A DNA stretch of 64,000 bases from Escherichia phage vB_EcoM_01, in the sequence record PP129558; one strand, written 5' to 3'. The position numbers and the translations under genes are program-made. The notes under the pieces were generated by a model. The model saw only the letters and a program-made list of their open reading frames with translations. It was not told the DNA's origin and made no database searches. Positions 19,339 to 26,624 of this stretch are shown piece after piece; positions within the stretch are counted from its first letter, which is position 1; every line of letters begins with the position of its first letter.

Positions 19339-19694
19339 TAGTATAATCCCTCGCTAAATAGGTCACGATCATGACCATTACGTTCGTAGTCAATCTGGTC
19401 TGCGTGTTTTGCAATAATGTATGCATCTTCACGACTCCACCAATTGTAGTATTGATCAATAAAACCTTGATTGTTTGGAAGACAATGCACTTTATCAAGC
19501 ACACCTGCTTCTTTCAATACATTCAATTGTGCTGATAATACAGGATTTGCATGTCGAACACAAGGAATAATTAACTCTTCACCATTATTCAAAATATATT
19601 TATTCGCAGCACAGACGATAACACGTTGCGCATAATGACCCTCACCAATCCAGGTAAGAGGTTGGTAACAAATGTTCTGATCAATACTACTCAT
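19338..19694 (-). CDS. hypothetical protein
   Basis: 118 aa; AAGGAGAA RBS; its 5-prime end lies in copy 1 of a tandem duplication. Confidence 0.4.
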   Translation of the reverse strand: MSSIDQNICYQPLTWIGEGHYAQRVIVCAANKYILNNGEELIIPCVRHANPVLSAQLNVLKEAGVLDKVHCLPNNQGFIDQYYNWWSREDAYIIAKHADQIDYERNGHDRDLFSEGLY

Positions 19695-19913
19695 TAAGTT
19701 TCTCCTTAATAGTGAACACGAATCATTTTAATACCATAACGCAGCATGGATTCTTTTGCAAGCATATAACACGTTGCGCATAATGACCCTCACCAATCCA
19801 GGTAAGAGGTTGGTAACAAATGTTCTGATCAATACTACTCATTAAGTTTCTCCTTAATAGTGAACACGAATCATTTTAATACCATAACGCAGCATGGATT
19901 CTTTTGCAAGCAT
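19617..19913. repeat. perfect tandem duplication of ~148 bp (19618-19765 = 19766-19913)
   Basis: Unit holds the last 18 codons of gene 19854..20210, the intergenic RBS and the first 26 codons of gene 19338..19694. Confidence 0.85.
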
Positions 19914-20210
19914 GAATTTATCCCCAGCGGCGGGGTTAGAAGTATGCACGAAAATGGTAGGTGAACCAAAGCAAGGTTTACCAAACGCCAGAAGTTCTTC
20001 CAGGTACAGGAAAACATCATACCCATCTTGGTCTGACTCCATACCCAAATCGTTGTCAAAATGCCACTCGTCTACAAAACGATAACCCTTCTGCACCTCA
20101 TTCATGTAACGAGAGGCAAGAAGTTCCTGTGAGGTTTTAAACCAGATTGCATCTGGACAACCATAATCTTTTGGATCACGTAAATCATCAAGCCAAATAA
20201 TAGTACCCAT
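19854..20210 (-). CDS. hypothetical protein
   Basis: 118 aa ORF in the operon. Confidence 0.4.
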   Translation of the reverse strand: MGTIIWLDDLRDPKDYGCPDAIWFKTSQELLASRYMNEVQKGYRFVDEWHFDNDLGMESDQDGYDVFLYLEELLAFGKPCFGSPTIFVHTSNPAAGDKFMLAKESMLRYGIKMIRVHY

Positions 20211-20220
20211 ATAACCTCCT

Positions 20221-20691
20221 CTAAGCTGGCATTATTAAAAAAGAACTCTCCACTTCAAAATGCCAATCATCCACAAGCCCTGATTCCCAATCCTTCTCTT
20301 CATGGAAAGAGCAAATCCAACGGTACATACCTGGCGGTGTATTCTCAACATCTTCTGGCAACCCGTAATCCAAAGCTGTCAAACCGTTCTCTGTAAAACT
20401 AGGATGGAGATTAGGAGCTTTCAATACAGAAACCATGCCTCCAACATCTACAGCCACAATCCACTCTGTCATGTATGGGCTGTCATATTGAGGCTCATCA
20501 GAACCTACCTCAACAGCCTCTGTGCGTAAGATGATAATAGCCTGCTCTGTGATTGGGGCTTTGACAATATAACCTTGGTCCTCAAAAAGATCGATAACCT
20601 CGAACTCATCGCCGTTTTCGACACCATAACTCTTATTCAAAGAGATAAACTTCGGGTTATCATCGTAAGCTTTAGTTACTTTAATTTTCAT
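20221..20691 (-). CDS. hypothetical acidic protein
   Basis: 156 aa, D/E-rich. Confidence 0.4.
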   Translation of the reverse strand: MKIKVTKAYDDNPKFISLNKSYGVENGDEFEVIDLFEDQGYIVKAPITEQAIIILRTEAVEVGSDEPQYDSPYMTEWIVAVDVGGMVSVLKAPNLHPSFTENGLTALDYGLPEDVENTPPGMYRWICSFHEEKDWESGLVDDWHFEVESSFLIMPA

Positions 20692-20912
20692 TTTTCCTCC
20701 TTCACTTTAACCTCAAATTCTACAGGCTTACCCTCAATGTAAAAACACTGATACTCTGCCTTATCATCCTCATCACGAGGCCAAGTTACCAAGGAGTTAT
20801 AGCAATCTTCTGGTGCTTTGAAGATGGTTTTAGTCTCCACAGTAACATTCCCATTAAGTGTTGCCAATACCACCCAACCAGCTACAGGGATCATAGTGTC
20901 TCCACTTTCCAC
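20688..20912 (-). CDS. hypothetical protein
   Basis: 74 aa; ATGA overlap with the downstream gene. Confidence 0.3.
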   Translation of the reverse strand: MESGDTMIPVAGWVVLATLNGNVTVETKTIFKAPEDCYNSLVTWPRDEDDKAEYQCFYIEGKPVEFEVKVKEEK

Positions 20913-21073
20913 GTTTTACCATTATCAACCAAGGTCTTTGCTACAGCATACTCCTTCCCATTAACAAGGAAATAATAAACTATAAAAGATTTCCCGATTG
21001 TTACTGTCTTAGTAACCTCTACACGTTTAACACCTTGCATGTATTTTGCCTTACCGGAATAGAGTAAAATCAT
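20891..21073 (-). CDS. hypothetical protein
   Basis: 60 aa ORF. Confidence 0.25.
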   Translation of the reverse strand: MILLYSGKAKYMQGVKRVEVTKTVTIGKSFIVYYFLVNGKEYAVAKTLVDNGKTWKVETL

Positions 21074-21351
21074 TTTGCATTCCTCTTGTTGTTGATAACA
21101 TCCATAGCAGTATATGGTTTATTAGTGCCATGATACTCCAGAATCATTGGAGAGCCTTCTTGCACTACTTCAAAGATACCATAAACAGAACTTTCAGCAA
21201 ATACCATTTGCTTCGTGCCTTCATCGTTTACAACGAGAGAAAACTTCTTGCCTGTCCCGTTGAGGATCTCGTATTTCTTGCCAGCAGTGAATAATCCAGA
21301 GTACCACTCATTATCTGTTGCTTTTACACACTTCAGGAAAGTCTTGATCAT
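21070..21351 (-). CDS. hypothetical protein
   Basis: 93 aa; its start region is duplicated on the far side of the N gap. Confidence 0.35.
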   Translation of the reverse strand: MIKTFLKCVKATDNEWYSGLFTAGKKYEILNGTGKKFSLVVNDEGTKQMVFAESSVYGIFEVVQEGSPMILEYHGTNKPYTAMDVINNKRNAK

Positions 21352-22003
21352 TTCTTTTTGCTCCTCTTTTTAGATTTCTCATACAAACCTAACACAGCCG
21401 CTTCTTTTGCACAAGTAGGAACTGAAGTCATTCCTCTTCTTTTTGCTTCTGGCAGTTGCAAAGTCCATATTCNGTCTCTTATNNNNNNNNNNNNNNNNNN
21501 NNNNNNNNNNNNNNNNNNNNNNNNNNNNNNNNNNNNNNNNNNNNNNNNNNNNNNNNNNNNNNNNNNNNNNNNNNNNNNNNNNNNNNNNNNNNNNNNNNNN
21601 NNNNNNNNNNNNNNNNNNNNNNNNNNNNNNNNNNNNNNNNNNNNNNNNNNNNNNNNNNNNNNNNNNNNNNNNNNNNNNNNNNNNNNNNNNNNNNNNNNNN
21701 NNNNNNNNNNNNNNNNNNNNNNNNNNNNNNNNNNNNNNNNNNNNNNNNNNNNNNNNNNNNNNNNNNNNNNNNNNNNNNNNNNNNNNNNNNNNNNNNNNNN
21801 NNNNNNNNNNNNNNNNNNNNNNNNNNNNNNNNNNNNNNNNNNNNAGAGACAGCTTTTACACACTTCAGGAAAGTCTTGATCATTTCTTTTTGCTCCTCTT
21901 TTTAGATTTCTCATACAAACCTAACACAGCCGCTTCTTTTGCACAAGTAGGAACTGAAGTCATTCCTCTTCTTTTTGCTTCTGGCAGTTGCAAAGTCCAT
22001 ATT
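21331..22003. other. assembly gap: N run 21481-21844 flanked by ~140-bp duplicated sequence
   Basis: Flanks near 21331-21473 and 21861-22003 are identical, with ambiguous bases beside the Ns; ORFs made of X codons are artefacts. Confidence 0.9.
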
Positions 22004-22233
22004 CCCCACCAATAGATTTGGTCTGCCGTGAGTGGTTCAGCCATTGGATCTGCCTCCTGCTCCTCAAGACGTTGCAACGCTTCTTCAATCTTCTCGATTG
22101 GTGTGTCAAAGACGAATGCCTCCGTATCAAACTTATCTTTCTTAGGAACTGATTTGGCTACTTTGAGAACCTCGTTTTTCGGTTTCTTAGTAACGTTCTT
22201 TGGCTTTGATAACTTCTTCGGTGTTTTCGCCAC
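21880..22233 (-). CDS. hypothetical lysine-rich protein, possibly DNA-binding
   Basis: 117 aa; KK-rich N- and C-termini; its 3-prime end lies in the gap-flanking duplicate. Confidence 0.35.
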   Translation of the reverse strand: MAKTPKKLSKPKNVTKKPKNEVLKVAKSVPKKDKFDTEAFVFDTPIEKIEEALQRLEEQEADPMAEPLTADQIYWWGIWTLQLPEAKRRGMTSVPTCAKEAAVLGLYEKSKKRSKKK

Positions 22234-22426
22234 TTACTACCTCCATACGATCTAAAAAGTCATTCACAAATCTCCAGTAACGTTGACCTGTTCTAAGATC
22301 TTCATAGATAACCACAGGATCAAACACTTTAGATATTCCGGCAGGTTTTGGAAATTCCACTACTGTATATAAACCACCTTTTGCTACACAAGAATAGGTT
22401 ACGCCTGTAATTGGATAGTTGCTCAT
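22187..22426 (-). CDS. hypothetical protein
   Basis: 79 aa ORF. Confidence 0.3.
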   Translation of the reverse strand: MSNYPITGVTYSCVAKGGLYTVVEFPKPAGISKVFDPVVIYEDLRTGQRYWRFVNDFLDRMEVVSGENTEEVIKAKERY

Positions 22427-22617
22427 TTCTTTACGTACTCCATGATTGGGGTATGGTCGCCAGTAAGCGTAACACGGCTGTAGGACACATCTTGTGTCTT
22501 CAATGTATCAATCCACTCTAAGAAGTGTTCTTTAGCTTCTGTGTAGTTCTGTGTGCCTTTAACAACGTGTATACCATCTAGCGTTACACGGAATACCATT
22601 TGAATAACGTCTTTCAT
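22423..22617 (-). CDS. hypothetical protein
   Basis: 64 aa ORF. Confidence 0.3.
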   Translation of the reverse strand: MKDVIQMVFRVTLDGIHVVKGTQNYTEAKEHFLEWIDTLKTQDVSYSRVTLTGDHTPIMEYVKK

Positions 22618-22730
22618 TTCTTACCTCCTTTGTTGTCAAAGTAGCTTACCAGAACATCGTGAACCACACACATGGCAAAAATCAGAACAATTGTTGCCAG
22701 GATTGGGTTCTCACTAATTAGTGCTATCAT
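22614..22730 (-). CDS. hypothetical small membrane peptide (38 aa)
   Basis: Internal ATG (MIALISENPILATIVLIFAMCVV) behind GGAGGTGG; the longer ORF-track version overlaps the upstream gene by ~100 nt. Confidence 0.25.
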   Translation of the reverse strand: MIALISENPILATIVLIFAMCVVHDVLVSYFDNKGGKK

Positions 22731-23037
22731 CTTTAACCACCTCCAATTGCCTTTCGAGTTTGACTCTGTTTGAGAACTGATAATGACACAACTTACATTG
22801 CATGTCAACAATCTGATCGTGATTTAACCCTACAATTTTAACTTCCTTTGCACCATCCCACTCCAAATACTCAAAGCCATCTAAATGATTACTCTTGTCC
22901 AACAGGAATGCTATCTGCTGCCATTCAATCTGAATATCATTTAAATGATATGCTGCACAGAAGATATCCTCATAGTAAAAGACGATCATTGTCATTGCTT
23001 CGTCTAGTACAACTACCTCTTGTCTTGTAAATCTCAT
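22714..23037 (-). CDS. hypothetical protein; first gene of the leftward transcription unit
   Basis: 107 aa; AGGAGG RBS; borders the divergent control region. Confidence 0.35.
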   Translation of the reverse strand: MRFTRQEVVVLDEAMTMIVFYYEDIFCAAYHLNDIQIEWQQIAFLLDKSNHLDGFEYLEWDGAKEVKIVGLNHDQIVDMQCKLCHYQFSNRVKLERQLEVVKDDSTN

Positions 23038-23039
23038 TC

Positions 23040-23517
23040 TAGCCTCCTAAACGCGTCTCTGACACACTTTTTATATATAAGATGATAAATCACCTTACCT
23101 AGTAAGTAAACTTGCTCTACGAGCCTCTTATGAAGCTTATGTTATAGGCTATACTATTACTACCTGTTTAAGCAAGGTTTTGCACACAGAAATAATTTTT
23201 TAATAAAACTCTTGACTTTTGTGTTCGAAGTATGCTACCCTAGAAATCTATTAACGAGCGCAGCGAGTTAAGGTTTTAGGTTGTTGATGTAGTACTCTGT
23301 ACTCAAGTACTGTACTCCGTACTAGATTAATAATTATTAAATATTAATAATAAATAATTATTAGATCTAACAAACAGGTACAGTGTATCAGAACTGGTAC
23401 GTACAGATCAACTTCTATCAATTAAAAATAAAATAATAAATTATTATAAATAATACTTGATCTATAGATCAGTATGAAGTACAGTACGTAACATCTTAAC
23501 AAGAATGGAGGTGTGCA
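23040..23517. promoter_or_regulatory. divergent intergenic control region; candidate replication origin or promoter hub
   Basis: 478 bp without ORFs between the leftward and rightward gene blocks; five closely spaced GTACT(C) direct repeats, two fully A/T tracts of ~40 bp, GTAC-containing motifs and a 12-bp palindrome GATCTATAGATC. Confidence 0.4.
23291..23325. repeat. iteron-like array of five GTACT(C) direct repeats
   Basis: AGTACTCTGTACTCAAGTACTGTACTCCGTACTAG read directly from the sequence. Confidence 0.6.
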
Positions 23518-23703
23518 ATGATTAGTGAGAATCCGTGCAAATGGCATCATGTGCCTATTAAAGATTGTATGTCTTGTAATCCACGTTCTATTTATAACAT
23601 TGCATCTTATGATGATGACAATGTGTTAGACGATGATGAAGGCTGGGAGGATTTAGATTGGACTGGTTATGAAACCAAAAGGGATAAAATTATTCCTAGT
23701 TGA
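23518..23703 (+). CDS. hypothetical protein
   Basis: 61 aa; GGAGG RBS; first rightward ORF. Confidence 0.3.
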   Translation: MISENPCKWHHVPIKDCMSCNPRSIYNIASYDDDNVLDDDEGWEDLDWTGYETKRDKIIPS

Positions 23704-23740
23704 CTTAAGATATCCTTCGTGCTAAACTAGAAGTGAGGAG

Positions 23741-23992
23741 ATGCCGATCACTCCCCATTTGGGGTTCGAAGGATATATGCAAAATAGCTTTTATTTTAGG
23801 TGCCGTGCTTGTAATAGGCATTTGACAAACCACTCCAGACGTGATAAAAATGGAGTCATCAAGGAATCAGACCTCTGTTCTATTTGCACAGGTTTGGCTT
23901 TTGATGATAGTCCCGAAAGGGTTTATCAGCATCAATATATAACAGACGTTCTCGTGTCAAACTTGGTAGAGGACGAACAACTAACAGATTAG
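23741..23992 (+). CDS. hypothetical Cys-rich protein
   Basis: 83 aa; CRACN...CSIC pairs. Confidence 0.3.
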   Translation: MPITPHLGFEGYMQNSFYFRCRACNRHLTNHSRRDKNGVIKESDLCSICTGLAFDDSPERVYQHQYITDVLVSNLVEDEQLTD

Positions 23993-24000
23993 GAGGAACA

Positions 24001-24249
24001 ATGTCTCTATTAGAAAAACACGTGTTTGAAGATGGTAACGGCAATGCAGTTTTTCTTTTCCATCCAGAAAAATACACATCTGAAAATAATGGTACAACTT
24101 CTATTGTAATCACTAAAGATGTTAAAGTTATTGATTTCTTGGCTCTGATGCGAGAGATGGATCTTGAAATTAATACTTTTAACGCAGAAGCTTTGGTTGT
24201 TGCTCTTCTGGAAAAGAAAGATAGTGAAGAAGTAGCAGAATATGCTTAA
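24001..24249 (+). CDS. hypothetical protein
   Basis: 82 aa; GGAGGAACA RBS. Confidence 0.3.
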   Translation: MSLLEKHVFEDGNGNAVFLFHPEKYTSENNGTTSIVITKDVKVIDFLALMREMDLEINTFNAEALVVALLEKKDSEEVAEYA

Positions 24250-24256
24250 ATAACTA

Positions 24257-24285
24257 TTGACAAACGTATCCTTCATATGTTAGGA
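24257..24285 (+). promoter_or_regulatory. candidate promoter (TTGACA-N17-TTAGGA) ahead of the tRNA array
   Basis: Consensus -35 hexamer; weak -10; shares the AACTATTGACAA context with the promoter at 24844. Confidence 0.35.
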
Positions 24286-24299
24286 TACGTTCATCAAGT

Positions 24300-24490
24300 G
24301 TGGTAACAGGGTCGTTGATTTTTGTTAAGAGGGGCTTGCACTGCGGTAGTGTTAGAGACTACTTCTTCAGAGGTTAGCTACCAAAGAGGAAAAGGAATAG
24401 TCTCGGCTCAAGAACTTTTACGCTGAAAGTTGGGCTTGGTCTTAGAGAATGTAGCGATTCTCTACAATCGTCAGCGTCTCTGTTACCACA
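24300..24490 (+). ncRNA. candidate structured RNA (~190 nt) closed by a 10-bp long-range stem
   Basis: GTGGTAACAG at 24300-24309 pairs with CTGTTACCAC at 24481-24490; internal hairpins such as TAGAGAAT/ATTCTCTA; no ORF or tRNA fold; sits between a promoter and the first tRNA. Confidence 0.3.
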
Positions 24491-24495
24491 TTTAT

Positions 24496-24570
24496 GGCCC
24501 TGTAGCTCAATGGGAGAGCTGTCGGCTCATAACCGATAGGTAGCTGGATCGAAACCAGCCAGGGCCACCA
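24496..24570 (+). tRNA. tRNA with CAT anticodon (Met or Ile2)
   Basis: Manual fold: acceptor GGCCCTG/CAGGGCC, D stem GCTC/GAGC, anticodon loop CTCATAA, T arm GCTGG-ATCGAAA-CCAGC, encoded CCA. Confidence 0.7.
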
Positions 24571-24572
24571 AC

Positions 24573-24647
24573 GTCTTTATGGTGTAATGGATAGCACAGG
24601 AGTCTTCTAAACTCTTAGTCAAGGTTCGATTCCTTGTAAAGACACCA
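24573..24647 (+). tRNA. tRNA-Arg (anticodon TCT)
   Basis: Acceptor GTCTTTA/TAAAGAC, anticodon loop CTTCTAA, T arm CAAGG-TTCGATT-CCTTG, encoded CCA. Confidence 0.75.
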
Positions 24648-24650
24648 GAA

Positions 24651-24831
24651 CATTTTAACATGAATTAGCTCAAGTGATTTGAACCCACTACTGATCATGG
24701 TGGCAGAGAATGAGGCAAGTATGTCAGACATTATAAACAAAGGCCACGGTTATATTAGAAGACATAAATGCTCGAAGAGCACCGTTCGTGGAGAGCGGGG
24801 GTTGGTGGAGTCACCATTCATGGTAAAATGT
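24651..24831 (+). ncRNA. candidate structured RNA (~180 nt) closed by a 17-bp long-range stem
   Basis: AACATTTTAACATGAAT (24651-24667) pairs with ATTCATGGTAAAATGTT (24815-24831) with one mismatch; between two tRNAs; the 63-aa ORF inside is probably not coding. Confidence 0.3.
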
Positions 24832-24843
24832 TTTAAAAAACTA

Positions 24844-24872
24844 TTGACAACTAACATTATTTTATGTTAGAT
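24844..24872 (+). promoter_or_regulatory. candidate promoter (TTGACA-N17-TTAGAT) ahead of tRNA-Ser
   Basis: Consensus -35 hexamer; the tRNA 5-prime end at 24882 is at a plausible distance from the -10. Confidence 0.4.
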
Positions 24873-24881
24873 TATAAGTAT

Positions 24882-24972
24882 GGAAGGGCAAATCGACGTG
24901 GCGACGAAAACGGTCTTGAAAACCGCCGAGCTTGAAAGAGCCTTGGGAGTTCGACTCTCCCTCCTTCCGCCA
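24882..24972 (+). tRNA. tRNA-Ser (anticodon TGA), type II
   Basis: Acceptor GGAAGGG/TCCTTCC, anticodon loop CTTGAAA, long variable arm, T arm GGGAG-TTCGACT-CTCCC, encoded CCA. Confidence 0.65.
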
Positions 24973-24977
24973 GATTA

Positions 24978-25063
24978 GGTAGATTGGTGAAATGGTAGCC
25001 ACGACAGTTTGCTAAACTGTAGTCGGAAACGGCGTGTAGGTTCGAGTCCTACATCTACCGCCA
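24978..25063 (+). tRNA. tRNA-Ser (anticodon GCT), type II
   Basis: Acceptor GGTAGAT/ATCTACC, anticodon stem ACAGT/ACTGT with loop TTGCTAA, long variable arm, T arm GTAGG-TTCGAGT-CCTAC, CCA. Confidence 0.65.
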
Positions 25064-25193
25064 AGTTCTTTTTAATGTAGCTTACTTTAGCAGAGTAAAT
25101 CTTCGGCAAGTGGCGGTAACCACTTTACCGATACCTCATAGTTAGTGGTGAGAACACTGGCTATTTTAAAAAGAATTTAAATATTAGTATTTA

Positions 25194-25281
25194 GGTGAGT
25201 TAATTCCGTAGGGGTAGCGGGGCAGACTGTAAATCTGTTATCATTGCGATTCGGGTGGTTCGACTCCATCACTCACCACCA
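25194..25281 (+). tRNA. tRNA-Tyr (anticodon GTA), type II
   Basis: Acceptor GGTGAGT/ACTCACC, anticodon loop CTGTAAA, long variable arm, T loop TTCGACT, CCA. Confidence 0.6.
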
Positions 25282-25287
25282 AATTAA

Positions 25288-25373
25288 GATGAGTTGGCTG
25301 AATGGTTTAAGCGGCGGACTGTTAATCCGTGTTCGAAAGAACAATATAGGTTCGAATCCTATACTCATCGCCA
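25288..25373 (+). tRNA. atypical type II tRNA whose anticodon loop parses as GTT
   Basis: Perfect acceptor GATGAGT/ACTCATC, T arm ATAGG-TTCGAAT-CCTAT, CCA; best anticodon arm GCGGA-CTGTTAA-TCCGT gives GTT, yet there is a 15-nt variable arm with its own GTTC-GAAA-GAAC hairpin. Confidence 0.4.
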
Positions 25374-25380
25374 GAATTAT

Positions 25381-25457
25381 GGACTTGTAGAGTTAAGGTA
25401 AACCCCCAGTCGCCAATAGGCTTCTGGAATTGCAGGTATCGAATCCTGCCGAGTCCC
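25381..25457 (+). ncRNA. tRNA-like element with aberrant anticodon arm (possible tRNA pseudogene)
   Basis: Acceptor GGACTTG/CGAGTCC and T arm GCAGG...CCTGC (8-nt loop) are present, but the anticodon region forms a bulged hairpin with an AATA tetraloop; no CCA. Confidence 0.3.
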
Positions 25458-25463
25458 AGCATT

Positions 25464-25538
25464 GCTCCTATAGTATAATGGCTATTACAACGGTTTTGTA
25501 ATCCGTGGATCTCTGTTCGATTCAGTGTGGGAGCACCA
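25464..25538 (+). tRNA. tRNA-Thr (anticodon TGT)
   Basis: Acceptor GCTCCTA/TGGGAGC, anticodon loop TTTGTAA, T loop TTCGATT, CCA. Confidence 0.6.
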
Positions 25539-25811
25539 ACACAACATTAAGAGCACTGTGATTGATCGTCGTATCCTGTGCACAAGGTCTGCTCGAAAGA
25601 CAGTGTTCTTAGTATTGTGTTGATCACAAAAAGAGTCACCCGAAACTTGACCGGAGTAGGGTTGGATGGGGCAAAATGAGAAGCGGCTCTCCCATCGACA
25701 GCAACGAAGAATAATATTTGACTTTGGTTTTGTATTATTTTAAGTTAGCTTACCGAACGTAGGGCTAGTCACCCAACGGGATACTCGTCACTGTCCCAAT
25801 CAATAAAAGTC

Positions 25812-25841
25812 TTGACAACAAATAGTAAAATGTAGTATAGT
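25812..25841 (+). promoter_or_regulatory. sigma70-like promoter (TTGACA-N18-TATAGT) ahead of tRNA-Gly
   Basis: Consensus -35 and near-consensus -10; the tRNA 5-prime end is 12 nt downstream. Confidence 0.55.
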
Positions 25842-25852
25842 AAATATATAGG

Positions 25853-25926
25853 GCGTTCTTGGTGTAGCGGTAGCATTCCGTCCTTCCAAGTCGGCGGCAC
25901 GAGTTCGATCCTCGTAGAACGCTCCA
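25853..25926 (+). tRNA. tRNA-Gly (anticodon TCC)
   Basis: Acceptor GCGTTCT/AGAACGC, anticodon loop CTTCCAA, T arm ACGAG-TTCGATC-CTCGT, CCA. Confidence 0.6.
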
Positions 25927-26024
25927 AATTATTTAATAAAGGGTTGCCAGAAAACTTTCTCTTTTACTCATGGTTTTCTCCTTCTCTCACACTTCTTCTG
26001 GTTGCCCTTCATTAAATGATTTAT

Positions 26025-26100
26025 TGGTTTGTAGTGTAGTCCGGTAGCACACGACACTTTGACTGTCGTAGGTTTGGTTCAAATCCAGACAGACCAGCCA
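26025..26100 (+). tRNA. tRNA-Gln (anticodon TTG)
   Basis: Acceptor TGGTTTG/CAGACCA, anticodon stem CGACA/TGTCG with loop CTTTGAC, T loop TTCAAAT, CCA. Confidence 0.7.
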
Positions 26101-26270
26101 TATAACGGAATTTAGCTCAGTTTGGTAGAGCGTACGCTTTGGGAGCGTAGGGTCGCAGGTTCGAATCCTGCAATNCNGACAGACCAGCCATATAACGGAA
26201 TTTAGCTCAGTTTGGTAGAGCGTACGCTTTGGGAGCGTAGGGTCGCAGGTTCGAATCCTGCAATTCCGAC
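26091..26270. repeat. 90-bp tandem duplication with ambiguous bases at the junction (26175, 26177), duplicating tRNA-Pro
   Basis: 26091-26180 equals 26181-26270 apart from ncn; copy 1 of tRNA-Pro (26106-26180) is 3-prime degraded by the ambiguous bases; probably a consensus artefact. Confidence 0.7.
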
Positions 26271-26272
26271 CA
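26196..26272 (+). tRNA. tRNA-Pro (anticodon TGG)
   Basis: Acceptor CGGAATT/AATTCCG, anticodon stem TACGC/GCGTA with loop TTTGGGA, T arm GCAGG-TTCGAAT-CCTGC, CCA. Confidence 0.7.
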
Positions 26273-26278
26273 ATTAAA

Positions 26279-26352
26279 TGTTTCGTAGTTCAATGGTAGA
26301 ACCCACGACTGATAATCGTGAGACACAAGTTCGATTCTTGTCGAAACAACCA
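26279..26352 (+). tRNA. tRNA-Ile (anticodon GAT)
   Basis: Acceptor TGTTTCG/CGAAACA, anticodon stem CACGA/TCGTG with loop CTGATAA, T arm ACAAG-TTCGATT-CTTGT, CCA. Confidence 0.75.
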
Positions 26353-26354
26353 GT

Positions 26355-26424
26355 TTCCCGTTAGACTTACAGGATAAGAGATCCACAATTTATTGTGACG
26401 CTGGTTCGAATCCAGCACGGGATA
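26355..26424 (+). ncRNA. tRNA-like element with tetraloop in place of an anticodon loop
   Basis: Perfect T arm GCTGG-TTCGAAT-CCAGC and a 6/7 acceptor pairing, but the central arm is CACAA-TTTA-TTGTG (4-nt loop); CC without A at the 3-prime end. Confidence 0.3.
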
Positions 26425-26430
26425 CCTAAT

Positions 26431-26509
26431 AGCGGGATAGAGGAGTCTGGTCGTCCTCGCCAGTTTCATATGCTGGAGATCATTGGTTCAAATCCAATTC
26501 CCGCCTCCA
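26431..26509 (+). tRNA. second tRNA with CAT anticodon (Met or Ile2); A1-C72 mismatch
   Basis: Acceptor AGCGGGA/TCCCGCC (position 1-72 unpaired), D stem GAGG/CCTC, anticodon stem CCAGT/GCTGG with loop TTCATAT, T arm ATTGG-TTCAAAT-CCAAT, CCA; lacks the three G-C pairs of an initiator anticodon stem. Confidence 0.6.
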
Positions 26510-26624
26510 AATATCGCTTGCCAGCGGTATCTTTGAAGACCTTGCCTGGTTCCTTCTAAGATGGAGGGGTGCGACTCCTTAACGCACAATTATAATAAAT
26601 CATTTCAAATTAACAGTATTTATT

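Noticed and set aside
15332-19913. Tandem ~148-bp duplications read as genuine biological duplications, repeats or CRISPR-like arrays
   Set aside because: Only two copies each, no spacer and repeat architecture, and the unit size matches the N-gap flank duplications; assembly artefact is more parsimonious. No CRISPR array is present in the window.
21348-22015. Several ORFs (134-190 aa) spanning the second N run
   Set aside because: Same artefact; the real genes are 21070..21351 and 21880..22233, joined by a duplicated overlap.
24679-24870. 63-aa plus-strand ORF inside the tRNA array
   Set aside because: It lies within a segment closed by a 17-bp long-range stem and has no RBS; more consistent with a structured RNA.
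26431-26509. Initiator tRNA-fMet call for the second CAT tRNA because of its 1-72 mismatch
   Set aside because: The mismatch is A1-C72, not C1-A72, and the anticodon stem lacks the three consecutive G-C pairs of initiator tRNAs; left as Met or Ile2.
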